From positions 11,001-75,000 of the forward strand of contig OZ287717.1 in assembly GCA_965649825.1 (NCBI GenBank): a DNA stretch of 64,000 bases, read 5' to 3'. Below, piece by piece: positions 13,847-26,290 of the stretch. The stretch comes from Penicillus capitatus (taxonomy: Eukaryota; Plantae; Chlorophyta). Within the stretch, counting starts at the first letter, position 1, and each line of letters begins with the position of its first letter. Position numbers and translations under genes: made by a program. Below the pieces are notes generated by a model. That model had not been told where the DNA came from and made no database searches. It worked only from the letters and a program-made list of their open reading frames with translations.

Positions 13847-14256
13847 CTTGCCGTTCTCTGTCCCGGCGGCCGAATCTGCTGTCTTTCGACAAATGCTTGA
13901 TTCTACACTTGATGTGACGTACTCTGACTCGCGTGCTGAGTCCATTCTGTCTATCCCGACTGTTTGACTTCAGTCGCACTTTCTTTCGATGTATTCCCCA
14001 GTCGGAAAACCGGAAGAGTTATTGGACTGGAATTACGGACAGTGGAGATGTCTATTTGGAAAGGTTCGGTCATCATGTTGTTCATTGCGCGAGCTTTCCC
14101 GCGGCGGCAGGCACTGACGAAAGGGAGTGAACACCTCTCCTGAGATGTCTGCCTCTCTCGGGCTAGCTTTGATCACCTCCTTTTGTTGCATACACCTCTA
14201 TTCTGCTCACTTTCGTTCTTGTGTCGCAAGAGCGGCCAGTTTCTTTTGGCTGTCGA

Positions 14257-15049
14257 ATGGTGCCTTTTCGCATCGCGTGGGCATTTGTGCTTCTGACGAC
14301 CTTCTTTGACTGTTATGTTCTGCAGACAAACAGAGAAACTGCTGCCGCTCTGACTTCTGCAGCGAGCGATGTTTCCGCTCTGTACCAAATAGAGCAGAAC
14401 TTCATAGATCCGTCAATGGCAACAGTGAGAATGCCTGTCATGGAAGGAAGATGCAGAGTGCCTCTGGTCGGGGAGCGTCAACCGACGACTGAGATGCATC
14501 CTGCTAGACTGACGCAGGTGTCTATCCGCTGAAAAACACTATCGTTATCGAATGTCTCCAGGAAAACCTGTCCATGGCCCTTTACGATCCCTTCTTCCCT
14601 CTTGTGACGGCATCGGCCTGTACACACAGCCTCAGCACGCCTTCGATAGGTATGCAACTGAAAGCGAAGCTTCTCGTTTGAAGCTTTATGTCTGGTCGAC
14701 AGGAACAAGTGCTTCGGATGAGGATGATCTCCATGCATCGATGGAACGGGACCCTTGTCTCTCGCAGCGCATTTTAACTGGCGCGCTGTATCCTCAGACG
14801 TTTGACAAATCTGCGTTTGAGGGCTCGAACAGATCTACGGCTTTCGTTGTCCAAGCACCGAAGCCGTCGGATCGCATAGGCGAGAACAAGACACTGCCAT
14901 CGATGATGGAGAAGAAGCAGGGCGCTTCCTACAAGTTATTCAGTCCTAATGTCTTGACAGACACAATAGAAAAGTGGTTAAAGAGTATACGCCAGAAAGG
15001 AGCAAATGCAGGCGCTGTCACTCATTGTTTGCCACATGAGAGATACTAA
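14257..15049 (+). CDS. Hypothetical protein with a possible signal peptide
   Basis: Two adjacent ORFs joinable by a ~50-nt GT-AG intron near 14518-14568; hydrophobic N-terminus MVPFRIAWAFVLLTTFF. No recognisable domain. Confidence 0.35.
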
Positions 15050-16078
15050 TCCCTTTCGTCGAGCCATTCACTTACCTCACACCCTATTCCGCATTCGCAC
15101 AATTTACCTAATTTCACCTATTCGCATTCTGGTAAGATTCACATGACAATAACCGAATAACAACGATAAATAAGATGGCAAAATGACCTTTGATTGGCCG
15201 TTTGACAACAGCTTTGTATGGGATTCGCTGTGGAAGTGCAGAGTGTTTACGAGACAAACTTGATTTGATATTGTGTTACGTCATTCTGCCGGTTCTAAAA
15301 ACTAAACTCAAGGAGTTCTTCGAACGCCGGCTGTTTCATGGAGTGTCTGTCGCGCGAAGGAGCGTAGAACAAAAAGGACATCTGTTGCTTTTTCACTAAA
15401 CGGCGTGACAAGCATGAAGCACTAAGACAGATGACTGTTGCGTTGGCCTTCGGCGACTGTTTGTCTTTCTGTACCTTGACTGATAATAATACATCTGTCA
15501 CATGTCATTCACTCTCTTTTTTGTCAATTTTTCATCTAACACAAGTCATCAGCAGGTGTGTGGATCAGGTCAGGCTTTGCAGAGTATCACCGTCCCGCAC
15601 GTCTACGTTGTGTGATAACCAACCACTTTGAATTTCTTGACGAACGCGTTTCCGTAAGTTGTTATCTTTTCGCTGTTTTTCTGCACTCGTCGGAGAAACG
15701 TTCCAAAGTTCTTGGCTATTTACAGATAAAGGGGAGATTCCGTTGAATAGAAGGTTGGCATTTTGGATGCGTCTAACGTTTCTACTGAATGAACGGACGT
15801 TCCTTGTTCGCCTGTGTCTCCACTATGCACAGAACGGTCGTTGAAAGCAGTTTGAACTGACAGCTTGTGTCGCCTCGTTTCATCTTACCGTCGCTGCGAT
15901 GCGTACCCACTTCCTGGATCGCATTCCACTGCGTTCCTCTTTCTTGCCTGTGTGAATGGACACTTACATACCTTCATTTGAAGCGTCGCCCGCTTCTCCG
16001 TCGCCAACGACTCTCCTTGGTTAAACGCAAAACGAAAGTATGAGAAGGAAACAAACACTTGTTGTGACTGCTGGCTGG

Positions 16079-16302
16079 TTTCATGGTGATGAAGGGCAGA
16101 AGAGGAATGGTTCAAGAAACGTCTCATCATCACAAGAGGCATGATGACCAACAGCGTTAATGGCCATGTCACATCAAAACCTCCAACACGTCACATCAAA
16201 ACCCTAACCATAAATAGCCATATAAAAGAGGGTAGAGAAAGCATTAACGTCTTTTGTGAAAAAAACTCTTTCGTTTCTGCTTTTACGTGCTGGCCCATAT
16301 CA
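16079..16302 (+). repeat. 5' LTR of the old gypsy copy
   Basis: TTTCATGGTGATGA...GCCCATATCA; aligns with 18438-18657 and with the 238-bp LTRs at 56860 and 61157; contains TATAAAA. Confidence 0.8.
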
Positions 16303-18437
16303 AAATGGTTTCGGAGCCGCGAATCTCGAAAATGGACTGTGACGAGGTTACGTCCCTTCTCAACTCCGCAGCCTTTGTCGAAGACGATTACCGCCCTCGT
16401 GTCAAGTACGTGGTGCAAAGACCGGAGCCCAGATCGCGAGCATTTGACCTAACACGGCAAATGCGCAAAGGAGTCGAAGTCGAACCACATTATCGTTCGC
16501 AACCTGCCTTCAATGAGGCTGGACCCGCGGCTACAATGCATGCCTTCTACGGTGACGCGTTCGGATGCCTCACGACAAAAAACAAAAGACATGTCGTAAA
16601 AGGGCTAGAGATTGACGCATGCCCCACGCCATCTCTATCTCCGGAAGAGCAACTAGACAGAATGACGAAGACGAAGAGAGAGACGTGGTTGGGTTTTGTG
16701 GATCGCTATTGCGCCACATGTGTGACGACGACGGCATCACGAAAGACTCAAGTGAAAACGCTCTACAGGAAGCTTCCAATCAATCTCCGGAAACTGATGC
16801 TCCCCCTACCTTCGACGGCTACGTTAGCAGACATGAGCTCTGTCCTCAGGAATGCAAGCTTTTGGGAATCAAGTACACAATCCCGAACGGAAACGGATGA
16901 AGATGCCACGGACCCTGACATGGCGACGACACAAGTGAACGTTGGGATTGACGGGAGGGTAATAGGCAGTGACGGATCGATCAATTTTTCGGCGATCACA
17001 AATGCAGGCCGAGTCATGATCGGAGCCAGAGAGATATGCAAGACCTCCAAACGAGAAGCACTCAAAATGCTAAGGTTCCTGGAGAGGATTTGTAACGGCA
17101 ACGACGGACCAACAGGCTCGCGAAGGCCTAGAGGCCAACCAAGGAGACGCACTCTGAAGTACCCACGAAGATCGAAGTTCCCATGCTTGCGGCTACCACG
17201 CACCTCAACTCTTGGCTAGCGTGGCACTTGTAGATGGAAGAATATCTGAGGACATGCAGATATCCTGATAACGCCACACCACAGCAACGGGCGCGTCTCA
17301 AGTACCGCGCTAATTCTTTCCGCTTGCGCTATGACCGTCTGGAGTATTCTGTCGATGGACTCTTGTGGACACCCTGCTATGTAACATGCAGGTCATTCCT
17401 CAGTGGATGGGCAAAGAGCACGAACAGAGTGGACACTGCGGCATCCAGACCACCACTCAGAAGTTACATCAAATGTTCTACTTCCCTGACGCCCCCCTCC
17501 CATGTGAAATATTGGGTACGCAGCTGTCCCTAGTGCCAACATTTCGCCCGCCACGATCCACCCATCACTCAATCATTCAACACATGAATGAGTTCGTAGG
17601 TCTAGAGGTCAGCGGACCCATGACATCGGACTCACAACGCCTGACAGGCCCTTCGACATTCATCCTCGCCGCGGTAGATCTTTGCACACGCTTTTGTCTC
17701 GTCTCAGCATCCTCTCAAGGCAACGCGACCCCCATTGTCAACTTCTCGAGCGCTGGATAGCACTCTTCGGCAACACTGCTTGTCTACAGACAGAAAACGC
17801 ACCAGCGTTTGTAGGCAATTAGTTATCCAATAGGATGCCGGCTCGAGGAATCCAACGCCGCACCATCCCTGTATATCGGCCACAATGCAAAGGGACCGTC
17901 GAACGTTCAACCAAGTAATCATCCGCCTTCTACAATACCTCCAAACTCAAGAAAAATGGACATCCTCTCTCCCTCAGATCCAGGCGATACTGAATGCGCA
18001 TCCGATTTCGGTGACCAAGATCAGCGCCACGCAAACCGTCTTCGGCTATCAACCCCGCCTGCATTCCGTTCCCGCATCGCCAGCTTCAACCGTGACACCC
18101 CGCTCTGACGATCCTCATCCGACAAGACACCACGATCTTGTCGCAACTCGCTGGACCACAATCGATGACCAGATGCGGCACCAACAACAACACCAACTGT
18201 ACCAGTCTTACTGCCGATCCGACCTCTCAGTCGGATCTCAAATGCTGATCTTTGACAATCAACGCGCACAAGCACACACGGCAACAAACTCGCCCCGCAA
18301 TAGCAAGGACCATACACCATCCAAGACGAATTTTCTCCACAACTTTACCATCTTGTGTCTTCTTCGTCTAAAACCCTTTCTCGCGCATCGCGATCATTTA
18401 TGTCGTTTTTTGTCGGGGTCAAGCGCAGGGAAGCGAT

Positions 18438-18657
18438 TGTCATGGTGATGAGGGCAGAAGAGGAATGGTTCAAGAAACGTCCCATCATCACAAGAGGCAT
18501 GATGATTAGCAGCATTATAAATAGCCATGTCACATCAAACCTCCAGCACATCAAACCCCTAACCCATAAATGGCATATAAAAGAGAATTGAGAAAACAAT
18601 AAACGTTTTGTAAAAAAACATGTTTCGTTACTACTTTCACGTACTAGCCCATTGTCG
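18438..18657 (+). repeat. 3' LTR of the old gypsy copy
   Basis: Starts TGTCATGGTGATGA directly after the PPT; ends GCCCATTGTCG (degenerate ...CATGTCA). Confidence 0.8.
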
Positions 18658-19126
18658 CTGCCCCGCGGGTGGTGCCTCGCGCACGTCTGCCTCCTCGTGT
18701 GATCTTTCTGAAAAGAGGCCCACGTCCGCCGGTCCTACGGCCACCGAGTCCTCAGAGGCGTCGTCGACTTCGGTTGCGTCGGGTCGTGGGTGTACGGCTC
18801 TGTCTGGGTCTTCGCGTCCCGCGTTGCGAAAGAACTCTAGCGCGGACAAGAATGGCGTGTGCTGGTACAGCGGTGGGTAAGGGATAGTGGCGCGCGAAAC
18901 GTGTCGCTCGTCGTCGTCAGCCAGGGCGAACGCACTGGAATGAACACTCGAGAACGCACAAAACAAAAGTTACAAAGGTTCTGCGCCCCGGGTTTTAACC
19001 CTTTCACATGATGGACAGGTGAGTCATCCACCATTCTCCACCATGGACTAAAGACCCCTTCGGTCCCCCGCCTTCCGTGACACGACTCCTGAGTACCCCT
19101 TCCAGACCTGACCCCCTCTCCAACGA

Positions 19127-19198
19127 GCCCTCGTGGTGTAATGGTTGGCACACTTGAGGTTTTCTCAAGAGGCGTGGGTTCGAATCCCGCCGAGGCGC
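19127..19198 (+). tRNA. tRNA-like Pol III element (pseudo-tRNA or SINE head), not a credible decoder
   Basis: A box TGGTGTAATGG, B box GGTTCGAATCC; D, anticodon and T stems pair. However, loop GGTTTTC lacks U33 and purine 37, acceptor pairs 1:72 and 2:71 mismatch, and no T-run terminator follows. Confidence 0.55.
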
Positions 19199-19784
19199 CC
19201 CGTGAGTCACTCGGGTGATAGTGACTGGCCGGAGGGTGAAGCGGCGACTCATCATGATCAAGAAAATCGGAAGATTGGGCAATTAAAAAGACGCGGGTCA
19301 AGTCCAGACCGGAGCATGCGGTTAGACGTGAGGTGGACGACGAATCGTCGCAGACGCTGTGAGACATGTGAAGCGACGGATGGAAGCACGAGTCACCTAA
19401 TTGAACGATTGAACGGTGAATTGACAATGGGCGTCGGGTGGTAAATGTGAATGCCACTGTAAGTAAATGCACAGAACCATGGAACATGCTCTAAGAGCGC
19501 ACCATGTAAAAGAGGAATTCTCCTCCTCCCCTCTCCAACGAGGCAGTCCCATCACCGTGGCGGGGCGGTCCCATCGCCAGACCCAGCTCTTGGCGACACC
19601 CATATCACTGGTCTTCAACGTTGCATCACAACGAGGGTATTTAATGGGACAATCCGAACCATGTTTACCTTGCTCCAAACAGTTTGTAAAGTCTTCCGCT
19701 GTGGTAATCTTTCGTCCGGCCCGATCGCCGACAGTGATTGCAAACCCCTGCTTGCAGAATTTGTTTCGATGGATGGATTAACAG

Positions 19785-19919
19785 GTTCTTCTGGAAGCCG
19801 GCGCTAATGTCAATGCTCAGCGGACCGACGGAAAAAGGCCACAAGAAGTCATTTGTCAGGCGGTATCTTCTTGTACAGCAGAGACTCGGGCAGCCCTCAA
19901 GGATCTGCTGAAACCCTGA
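19785..19919 (+). pseudogene. Orphan terminal exon with an ankyrin-repeat half
   Basis: After acceptor TTAACAG: VLLEAGANVNAQRTDGKRPQEVIC...LLKP*. No clean upstream exons found. Confidence 0.4.
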
Positions 19920-21030
19920 TTCATTCTTTCTGCTGTCTCTCCATTCGATTTCCACTTCTGTTTGTGGCTGTTTGTCTAAACATTACGTACGACGTCATTT
20001 GCACATTTGTGGTTCAGACAATACGAGGTTGAGTATAATACCTCCATGAAAAGATGCCTTCTACAAGGCTTTTATCTATCCGATCGATTTGTACTGATTT
20101 CGCTGGTAGGGTCGTCGTTTGAATCGCCGCTATAGGTTTTCGTGTGCCAGAACTTGTCGCAGCGCCTAGAGTCGACAGGAACTAAGTGTCGCAGCGCCTA
20201 ACCCATCCTATTGACAATTCTAGTCAACCGAAGACAGGATTCCAGGATCGTGCAATCGACATTCTCTGCCGACTCGGCCTTCGGACTCAGACATCTGCCA
20301 AAAAACGCTCAGGATTACATACGCGTTACACTTTCACACAGATTGCCCGCATATGCTGTCGCCATCTTATGTATGGGTTCATCTCGCCGTCGACTTCTTT
20401 TTTTCGGAGTCGGACCCAGACGTACATGTGACATTCGTGCTTTTCTGGATGTCAACATTGCCGCGAGCTGTGATATTTTTTTATTCTTTTTTGAATATTA
20501 AGATTTATGGCTCTGGCAATTCCCTATCAGACGATATCCTTGCTTAGTCCGTCTATGTGTCTTTGGTTGAGCTCTCCAACCGGCGAGTAACTGTGACACG
20601 ATGGTCTTGGTGGCTGTTTGTTTTAAGTATCCGGCATCATTAGTCTCTTAAAGGCAGTCCATCTGAAGATGACAGTCTATCACCTGCTGTACTTTAAATT
20701 CTATACGAACAAGTAACATGAAGGAAAGTAACATCGATTACCATATGGCGGCAACGAATCGGCACAGGCTTAGCATTTGTGAAAAAACGCACTTGTACCG
20801 GCTGCTATCGTCAAGGACTTACCTCCATCCGTTTCGAGAACCCGTAAAACGAGATCTCGGAGACAGTTGAATCTCCACAGCGTCATCGCACAGTAGAGGC
20901 TCTAAATCATATCTCTCGTGCATCAAGTCTTGGACAGAGACAGAACTGAATCGTCATCATACAAGACGGCGTGCATGTATGTCCGAAGCAGGATTTGACA
21001 GAGGACGGACGCATCACTCAGTCCTCAGCG

Positions 21031-23617
21031 ATGGCTCAGTCCGACGAAGCATTCGAAGCAGTTCGCGTTTGTGTCCGAGTGTGTCTTCTGCTTTCAGAAT
21101 AATGCGGCTATACTCCTCCCACCATAGATGCGCCCCCTTTCTCGAAAACAGGCCAAGAATGGACGAAAAGAATGCGTTTGCTACGACGAACAGAACAGAC
21201 AGGTCTTTGTCAAGGTAAAACGCTGGATGCGTTCGACAGTCGAGTGGACCTCTTTCAAGAATTCTTGCAACATTTCCTTCCAGAATGAATGAACCTCTTC
21301 TCTTATAATAGGCGGTCAACAAAAAAGCACTTCATTATCTGTCAGGCCAACGCGTAAGAGCTTTTGGAATCAAGGACCTTTTCCATGGAAGAAACTCTAC
21401 TGAAGTCATCTACGAAATGTTCATTGCAGACATCGTGAATCGGTTTATTCAAGTAAAGTATTGTAAAGGAAAACTGTCGGATCGCTCTCATTCCATTTTA
21501 CCCAGGGATACAACGGTTCGGTGATAGCATATGGTCAAACAGGCAGTGGAAAAACATACACGATGTTTGGAGGGACAAGCGAAGACGGCAGTGTCGACAA
21601 AGGTGATGCTGAACACTGTCGACGCTGCGACGTCAGAAGGCCGAACGTTTTATTCGACAGGCATCATTCGTCGTGTGTGTGATGAAGTCTTCCACGGACT
21701 TCTTCGCTCTCCAGAGAAGGAAAGCAAACTGTTGGTTTCGGCTTTGGAAATATACAATGAGCAGTTGCTGGATCTATCGCGCGAGGAAAGAGGCAGACCA
21801 TTGTCCATGGCACAGCGACATTGGCAAGGCTCTGGCGGCCGACCAGAGACAGCGACAAACGTATTGGGTCTGCAAGAGCTCGAAATGAAATCGAGTGAAG
21901 AACTCCTTGCTTTCCTCGAAGAGTGTACGCATCGCAGAAAGACATCGGAGACTCAGATGAATGGCAGGCGAGAGCGTACACAAGCGCAGAGATGTCAGTA
22001 TATGTTGCCTGTTATAGATCATCAAGGTCACACGTTGTCTTGAATCTGGTACTGAAAAGAGTCATTGATGACGCCTCTGATCTCGGAGACCATCGCACAG
22101 TCGATGCGCATGTCAAACGTTTGGCAGTCTCGAAACTCAGACTCGTTGATTTGGCGGGTTCTGAACGTGTTAAGCGAAGTGGGGCGACAGGTAGAAGCTT
22201 CAGAGAAGCTACACACATCAACAGTGGACTCCTTGCGTTGGGAAACGTAATACAATCCTTGTCCCGCAAAACCGGCAAGGAGAAACAACCTACGGCATCG
22301 TTCATTCCCTATAGGTCATGCGTGGACTGTGCCCGTCCGTCTGTTTGTCGGACGAGATTTCTTTGTATGTAGAGGCTCGAAGCTCACACGCGTTCTTCAG
22401 GACTCCCTTGGAGGAAACAGCTTAACAGTGTTCATAGCCTGCGTTCATGCATCCGACACATACTTCGAAGAAACAGCAAACACATTGAAGTATGCCAGCC
22501 GGACGCGGAAGGTGAAGAACATGGTTGAGCCGATGATCATTGAAGAAGCAGAGGCGACTGCCCAAGAGAAGAGTTCGTCGAGATGTGATTTCAGCATTTT
22601 ATGAAATCATGTGTAGAGGCATTGTCACGAAAGAATGCTGTCAGTCGTGACAGATCACCGGGCAATAGAAGAGCAGAGGACGCTAGAATGAGCCTTGCAA
22701 CGACCCGGGCATATCTCAGTTCAAGGAGACAAAGAGGTCTTGATTACGATCGTCTAAGAAGATCACTGGGAACGCGTGATAAAAAGACGGAGGATAGAAG
22801 TACTCTATCAAGCAATGAGAGAGCAGGTTTGTGTTACGATTCTGAAATGTGTTGCATACATGCCTCAGGAGAAAGATCTGGAAAACGTACCGAAAGTGCG
22901 ACATCAAGATCCTCTTTTCCATCTCGGGACGGTAGATCGGAGAGATACGTCTCCTCTGTCAAGAAGAAGATAATAGACGTGATAACGACAGAAATCTGAA
23001 CTCTGGATATGTGTGTGTCTTGTTCACAGGATGCAAAGCTGCAAGATGATACAGTGGAGCATGGAATGCATGAACAGCGTCAGACAGAATCTGAATGGCT
23101 GTCCGATGTAAGAAAGAATGGAAACGTGCGGCGTTTGAATGTTATCCAACTGAATGGTCTGCTATGACAGAATGAAGACGAGGAAGAGATTCTTTTCTGC
23201 GAAGAATTGTCCATCTCGGACTGGAATTCAGATTCCTCTACATGCAGCGATTGTCTTGACTGTGATTTCGTGTCTACTACAGATTCTGAACGCGAGGATG
23301 ACCGTGTACACTGCGACGGTGCAGAGATGATGCGTTTCTGCCCGGTCACATCGGCAGAGGATCGTATGAACGTGTCTCGCATCGAAAAACAGGTGAGAGC
23401 ACGTCTGGTCGACTATCAGCCACACATTCTTTCCATCAAGGGATGCCACAGTGGTTGCCCGACGCTGGGTGACGAGAGCAGTTCGGCGGAGGATTGCAGG
23501 AGTGTGTCTTTTGAAATGCCTGAAGATCCAATGGCGGATGAAGGCGGCTCTCAATCATTGGCTTCTTTGTCAAGCACCGAGTGCGAGCCGTTAACCATCG
23601 ACATTTACATTCGCTAA
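21031..23617 (+). CDS. Kinesin motor protein (kinesin-4-like)
   Basis: AVRVCVR|[24 protein letters not shown] (P-loop), [17 protein letters not shown] (switch I), LVDLAGSER (switch II), IPYR|[28 protein letters not shown]. Confidence 0.92.
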
Positions 23618-23982
23618 ACAGACAAAGGAAGTCCTGCTAAATTCCGCCTTTGGGTCAGATGGCGCAACGATCCAGGCACGAACGAGTACACGACACATTC
23701 GCGAATCCTTGTTCCAGATTCACAAAATAGCCTGGCCGCGTTTTATTAACAACAAATCCTGTCGTGTGAAAGGCATAGATGAATCTACCGTTGCAGGAAT
23801 ACATCCTCGCTGTGGTTTGTGGCATTATCAAAAGTACTTCAAGCCTGATCAAACTGCCGAAGAATACGTGAGTAGTGAAAAGCGAGCGAATACCAGATCA
23901 TAGCTTCATCTGCATGTGATCGATTGACTCTTTTGATTGCTGATGCGTGCGAGAGCACTCTACATTTGAAGATTTGACGTCT

Positions 23983-25407
23983 TCATGGGCGAATATTATC
24001 CACCAATGCCCAGAGTTTGTCTCCAAATGAGATCCGTACAACTCCGGGCGTTCTGCAAGACACTGCAGGGTAGACTTTGTTGGGCAACTGGGTGAATGCA
24101 ACACCAAAATCAGTACCATTGACACTGAATCCGAGTTCTCTCTTGTTCATATCCAGCTTGGCTTTCAGTATTGCATTTTCCCTGAAAGATACGCCATAAC
24201 GAGTTGAATAAGGACCGTTATCTTGTTGGGTATCATGGCAGAGCGTGCCGTTTGATCCAAACATCCAACCTGCTGTCTGTTTTCCCAGCCAGTCATTCAT
24301 ATCTGCATCCTCTCCCACAACGCCGACCCATACCAGATCACAGTACTTCTCAATGATGATTTCCCAGGAATGGACTCCGGATACAAATGGTGTTTGCACT
24401 CGCACACCTTGGTGATTCTTACACTGAAAGTCACAGAGGTCCTGTTCGATGCGCACTTCTGTGCCTCTGCATGTTGGATCCCATAGACTGGATTTCAGGG
24501 CGACATTTGCGAATCGCAGTGCCTGATTGCAATAGACTCTCATCAAAATTTCAGTCGGTACCAATCCTAGAGGTTCGATCTTATCCCTTATCAAATTTGT
24601 TGGGATATTCTCAAAACGCACGCCTTGCAGGACAGACATCCATTCATTGAATTCAACAGTCGAGTACGGCTGGAAAACACTCTGCAGATTGGCCACATCA
24701 GATGAAGCCAGTTCCCAATGCTCATCGACTTCCCACGACATCGTTGATAGATTGCCATGGAGTGATTGGGAGGCATATCGTGACACTGCCCAGTGCAAGA
24801 CCGATTTTAGAATATCGATCTCATATGGCCATCCGCTGCGAAGACTCGGATGTGTGAGGCTGAAGACAAGGGCCTCCACAGAGAATCCGTCGAACAGTGC
24901 TGTCCTGCCTTCTTCCAAAGCAGACGAGACAACAGGAAGAATGGTCTCAGCGATATCGGTGGCTTGAAGCTTAAGTGCCGTTGAGATGATTGGTCCAATG
25001 CATGCATGTTCGCGAGCATGGCGGACAAGGTAGTTCACAATCAGTTTCTGCAATCCTGGTAGGCTATACTGACGTGCCAGGTCGTAACATTCGACAGCCA
25101 TGGTTCCAGCTTCGATGCTGCGAACGTGACATGTGTGGAGATACTCGAAAACGAGTTCGAGTGGGGCAGAGGAGACATGTCTGAAATCGATGACGGACTG
25201 TCCAGCTTCCATCATATCTCCAAAGAGTAAACGGTCAAAGAACTCGCAGCGACAGGCAAGGAAAGCTCTGTTGGCGCGCACAGCCACACCATCCTTGCAA
25301 TTAAAAGTGACGTCGTGGAATTCGGAACGCTCCCGAAGACATGCGACGTTTTCGAGCACGCGACGCTCTTCAGAGGCATCGAGCAAATTTCGTCTGTCGG
25401 CCGACAT
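23983..25407 (-). CDS. BTB/POZ-BACK-SPRY domain protein (single exon, 474 aa)
   Basis: FHDVTFNCKDGVAVRANRAFLACRCEFFDRLLFG (BTB); GVHSWEIII...WVGVV...WMFGSNG...LDMNKRELGFSVNGTDFGVAFTQL..KVYPAVS (SPRY). Confidence 0.85.
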   Translation of the reverse strand: MSADRRNLLDASEERRVLENVACLRERSEFHDVTFNCKDGVAVRANRAFLACRCEFFDRLLFGDMMEAGQSVIDFRHVSSAPLELVFEYLHTCHVRSIEAGTMAVECYDLARQYSLPGLQKLIVNYLVRHAREHACIGPIISTALKLQATDIAETILPVVSSALEEGRTALFDGFSVEALVFSLTHPSLRSGWPYEIDILKSVLHWAVSRYASQSLHGNLSTMSWEVDEHWELASSDVANLQSVFQPYSTVEFNEWMSVLQGVRFENIPTNLIRDKIEPLGLVPTEILMRVYCNQALRFANVALKSSLWDPTCRGTEVRIEQDLCDFQCKNHQGVRVQTPFVSGVHSWEIIIEKYCDLVWVGVVGEDADMNDWLGKQTAGWMFGSNGTLCHDTQQDNGPYSTRYGVSFRENAILKAKLDMNKRELGFSVNGTDFGVAFTQLPNKVYPAVSCRTPGVVRISFGDKLWALVDNIRP

Positions 25408-25601
25408 ATGGAAGAAGAGGTTGATGTCTTTCTTTTCGCTTGTTGCTGAAATCAGAATCCCGAACGGCTTCTTTCGGCAACTCTATGGGAAATTCTCGAA
25501 CAATCAATCACGTCTGCCGAGAACAGGTTGTAATTCTTGATGACGGTAAAAAGCGACACGATGTCGAATCGGTCGATTCAAGACCTTTATTCTCCACATT
25601 C

Positions 25602-26122
25602 ATGGTACGACAGGAATGGTCGACACGGATCCGTTAATGCTGTTGTGGCTTTCAGGCGTCTCGAATATTGGCTCAGTTGCTGGTGGCTGGTGGGGCCATG
25701 GTCGCAAGGGCGGCAATACAAGCTTATCGACAGGCTGTTATAAGTATCCTACTTGTTGGCAGAGCCATGGGATCGGTAAAGGGCGTTTTGTGGTTGTGCT
25801 TCCAGATGGTCAACGATCGGGAGTGACAGCAGAGACCTTAAAGAATATAGCGAGTCGACAGATGCAAATACAGGAAGCTCGAAAGATCTTGGGAATTGAA
25901 GACAATCTCCCATGGCCAGACATTGTGAAAGTAAAGACTTGAGGGAATCATGTTCTGCAGTATGCGATCAGATATGGCTGGCTGTAGAAATACGAACATC
26001 TCATGGAGGCAAACAGGAAGAACGGATCGTTCTATCTACAATCGAAAATCTATAGGGCCATGGAACGGCTTGAACAAGAAAAGGGGGATTCCACCGGCTC
26101 TCAACAAGGCATTCCAAAATAA
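25602..26122 (+). CDS. PAM16: Mitochondrial import J-like protein PAM16/TIM16
   Basis: M|ASRILAQLLVAGGAMVARAAIQAYRQA; MQIQEARKILGI...WPDIVK; GSFYLQSKIYRAMERLEQE. Confidence 0.9.
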
Positions 26123-26261
26123 GCAGCATGTATGTGTGCATGCTTGAAGACGACAACAGACCGTACGGCCAGTCAGACAGTTCCTGAGAGAAAACAATGT
26201 AGAAAAAACGTTGTCAGTTATTGTGCCTTTGCTTTTGTCTGTCATTAGAGAAATGTGCCTC

Positions 26262-26290
26262 GCATTGCATTGCATTGCATTGCATTGCAT
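26262..26290. repeat. (GCATT)n microsatellite, ~6 units
   Basis: gcattgcattgcattgcattgcattgcat. Confidence 0.9.

Larger units (their letters stand above)
16079..18657 (+). mobile_element. Old, internally deleted Ty3/gypsy LTR retrotransposon (gag plus integrase remnant; PR-RT-RNaseH missing)
   Basis: Diverged direct repeats at 16079-16302 and 18438-~18657; PBS TGGTTTCGGAGCC at 16306; PPT AAGCGCAGGGAAGCG before the 3' LTR; gag-like ORF 16287-17219; integrase remnants KEHEQSGHCG, VRSCP*CQ, RTIPVYRPQCKGTVER and GPY. Homologous to the element at 56860-61394. Confidence 0.88.

Noticed and set aside
15070-15140. Diverged ~25-bp direct repeat and a U1-like ACTTACCT motif
   Set aside because: Only two imperfect copies; no U1 stem-loops or Sm site follow.
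16196-16212. Telomere-like AAACCCTAA motif
   Set aside because: Single degenerate unit inside the old LTRs; no tandem telomeric tract anywhere in the window.
20156-20200. 14-bp direct repeat TGTCGCAGCGCCTA x2
   Set aside because: Isolated, with no enclosed element or further copies; likely a local duplication.
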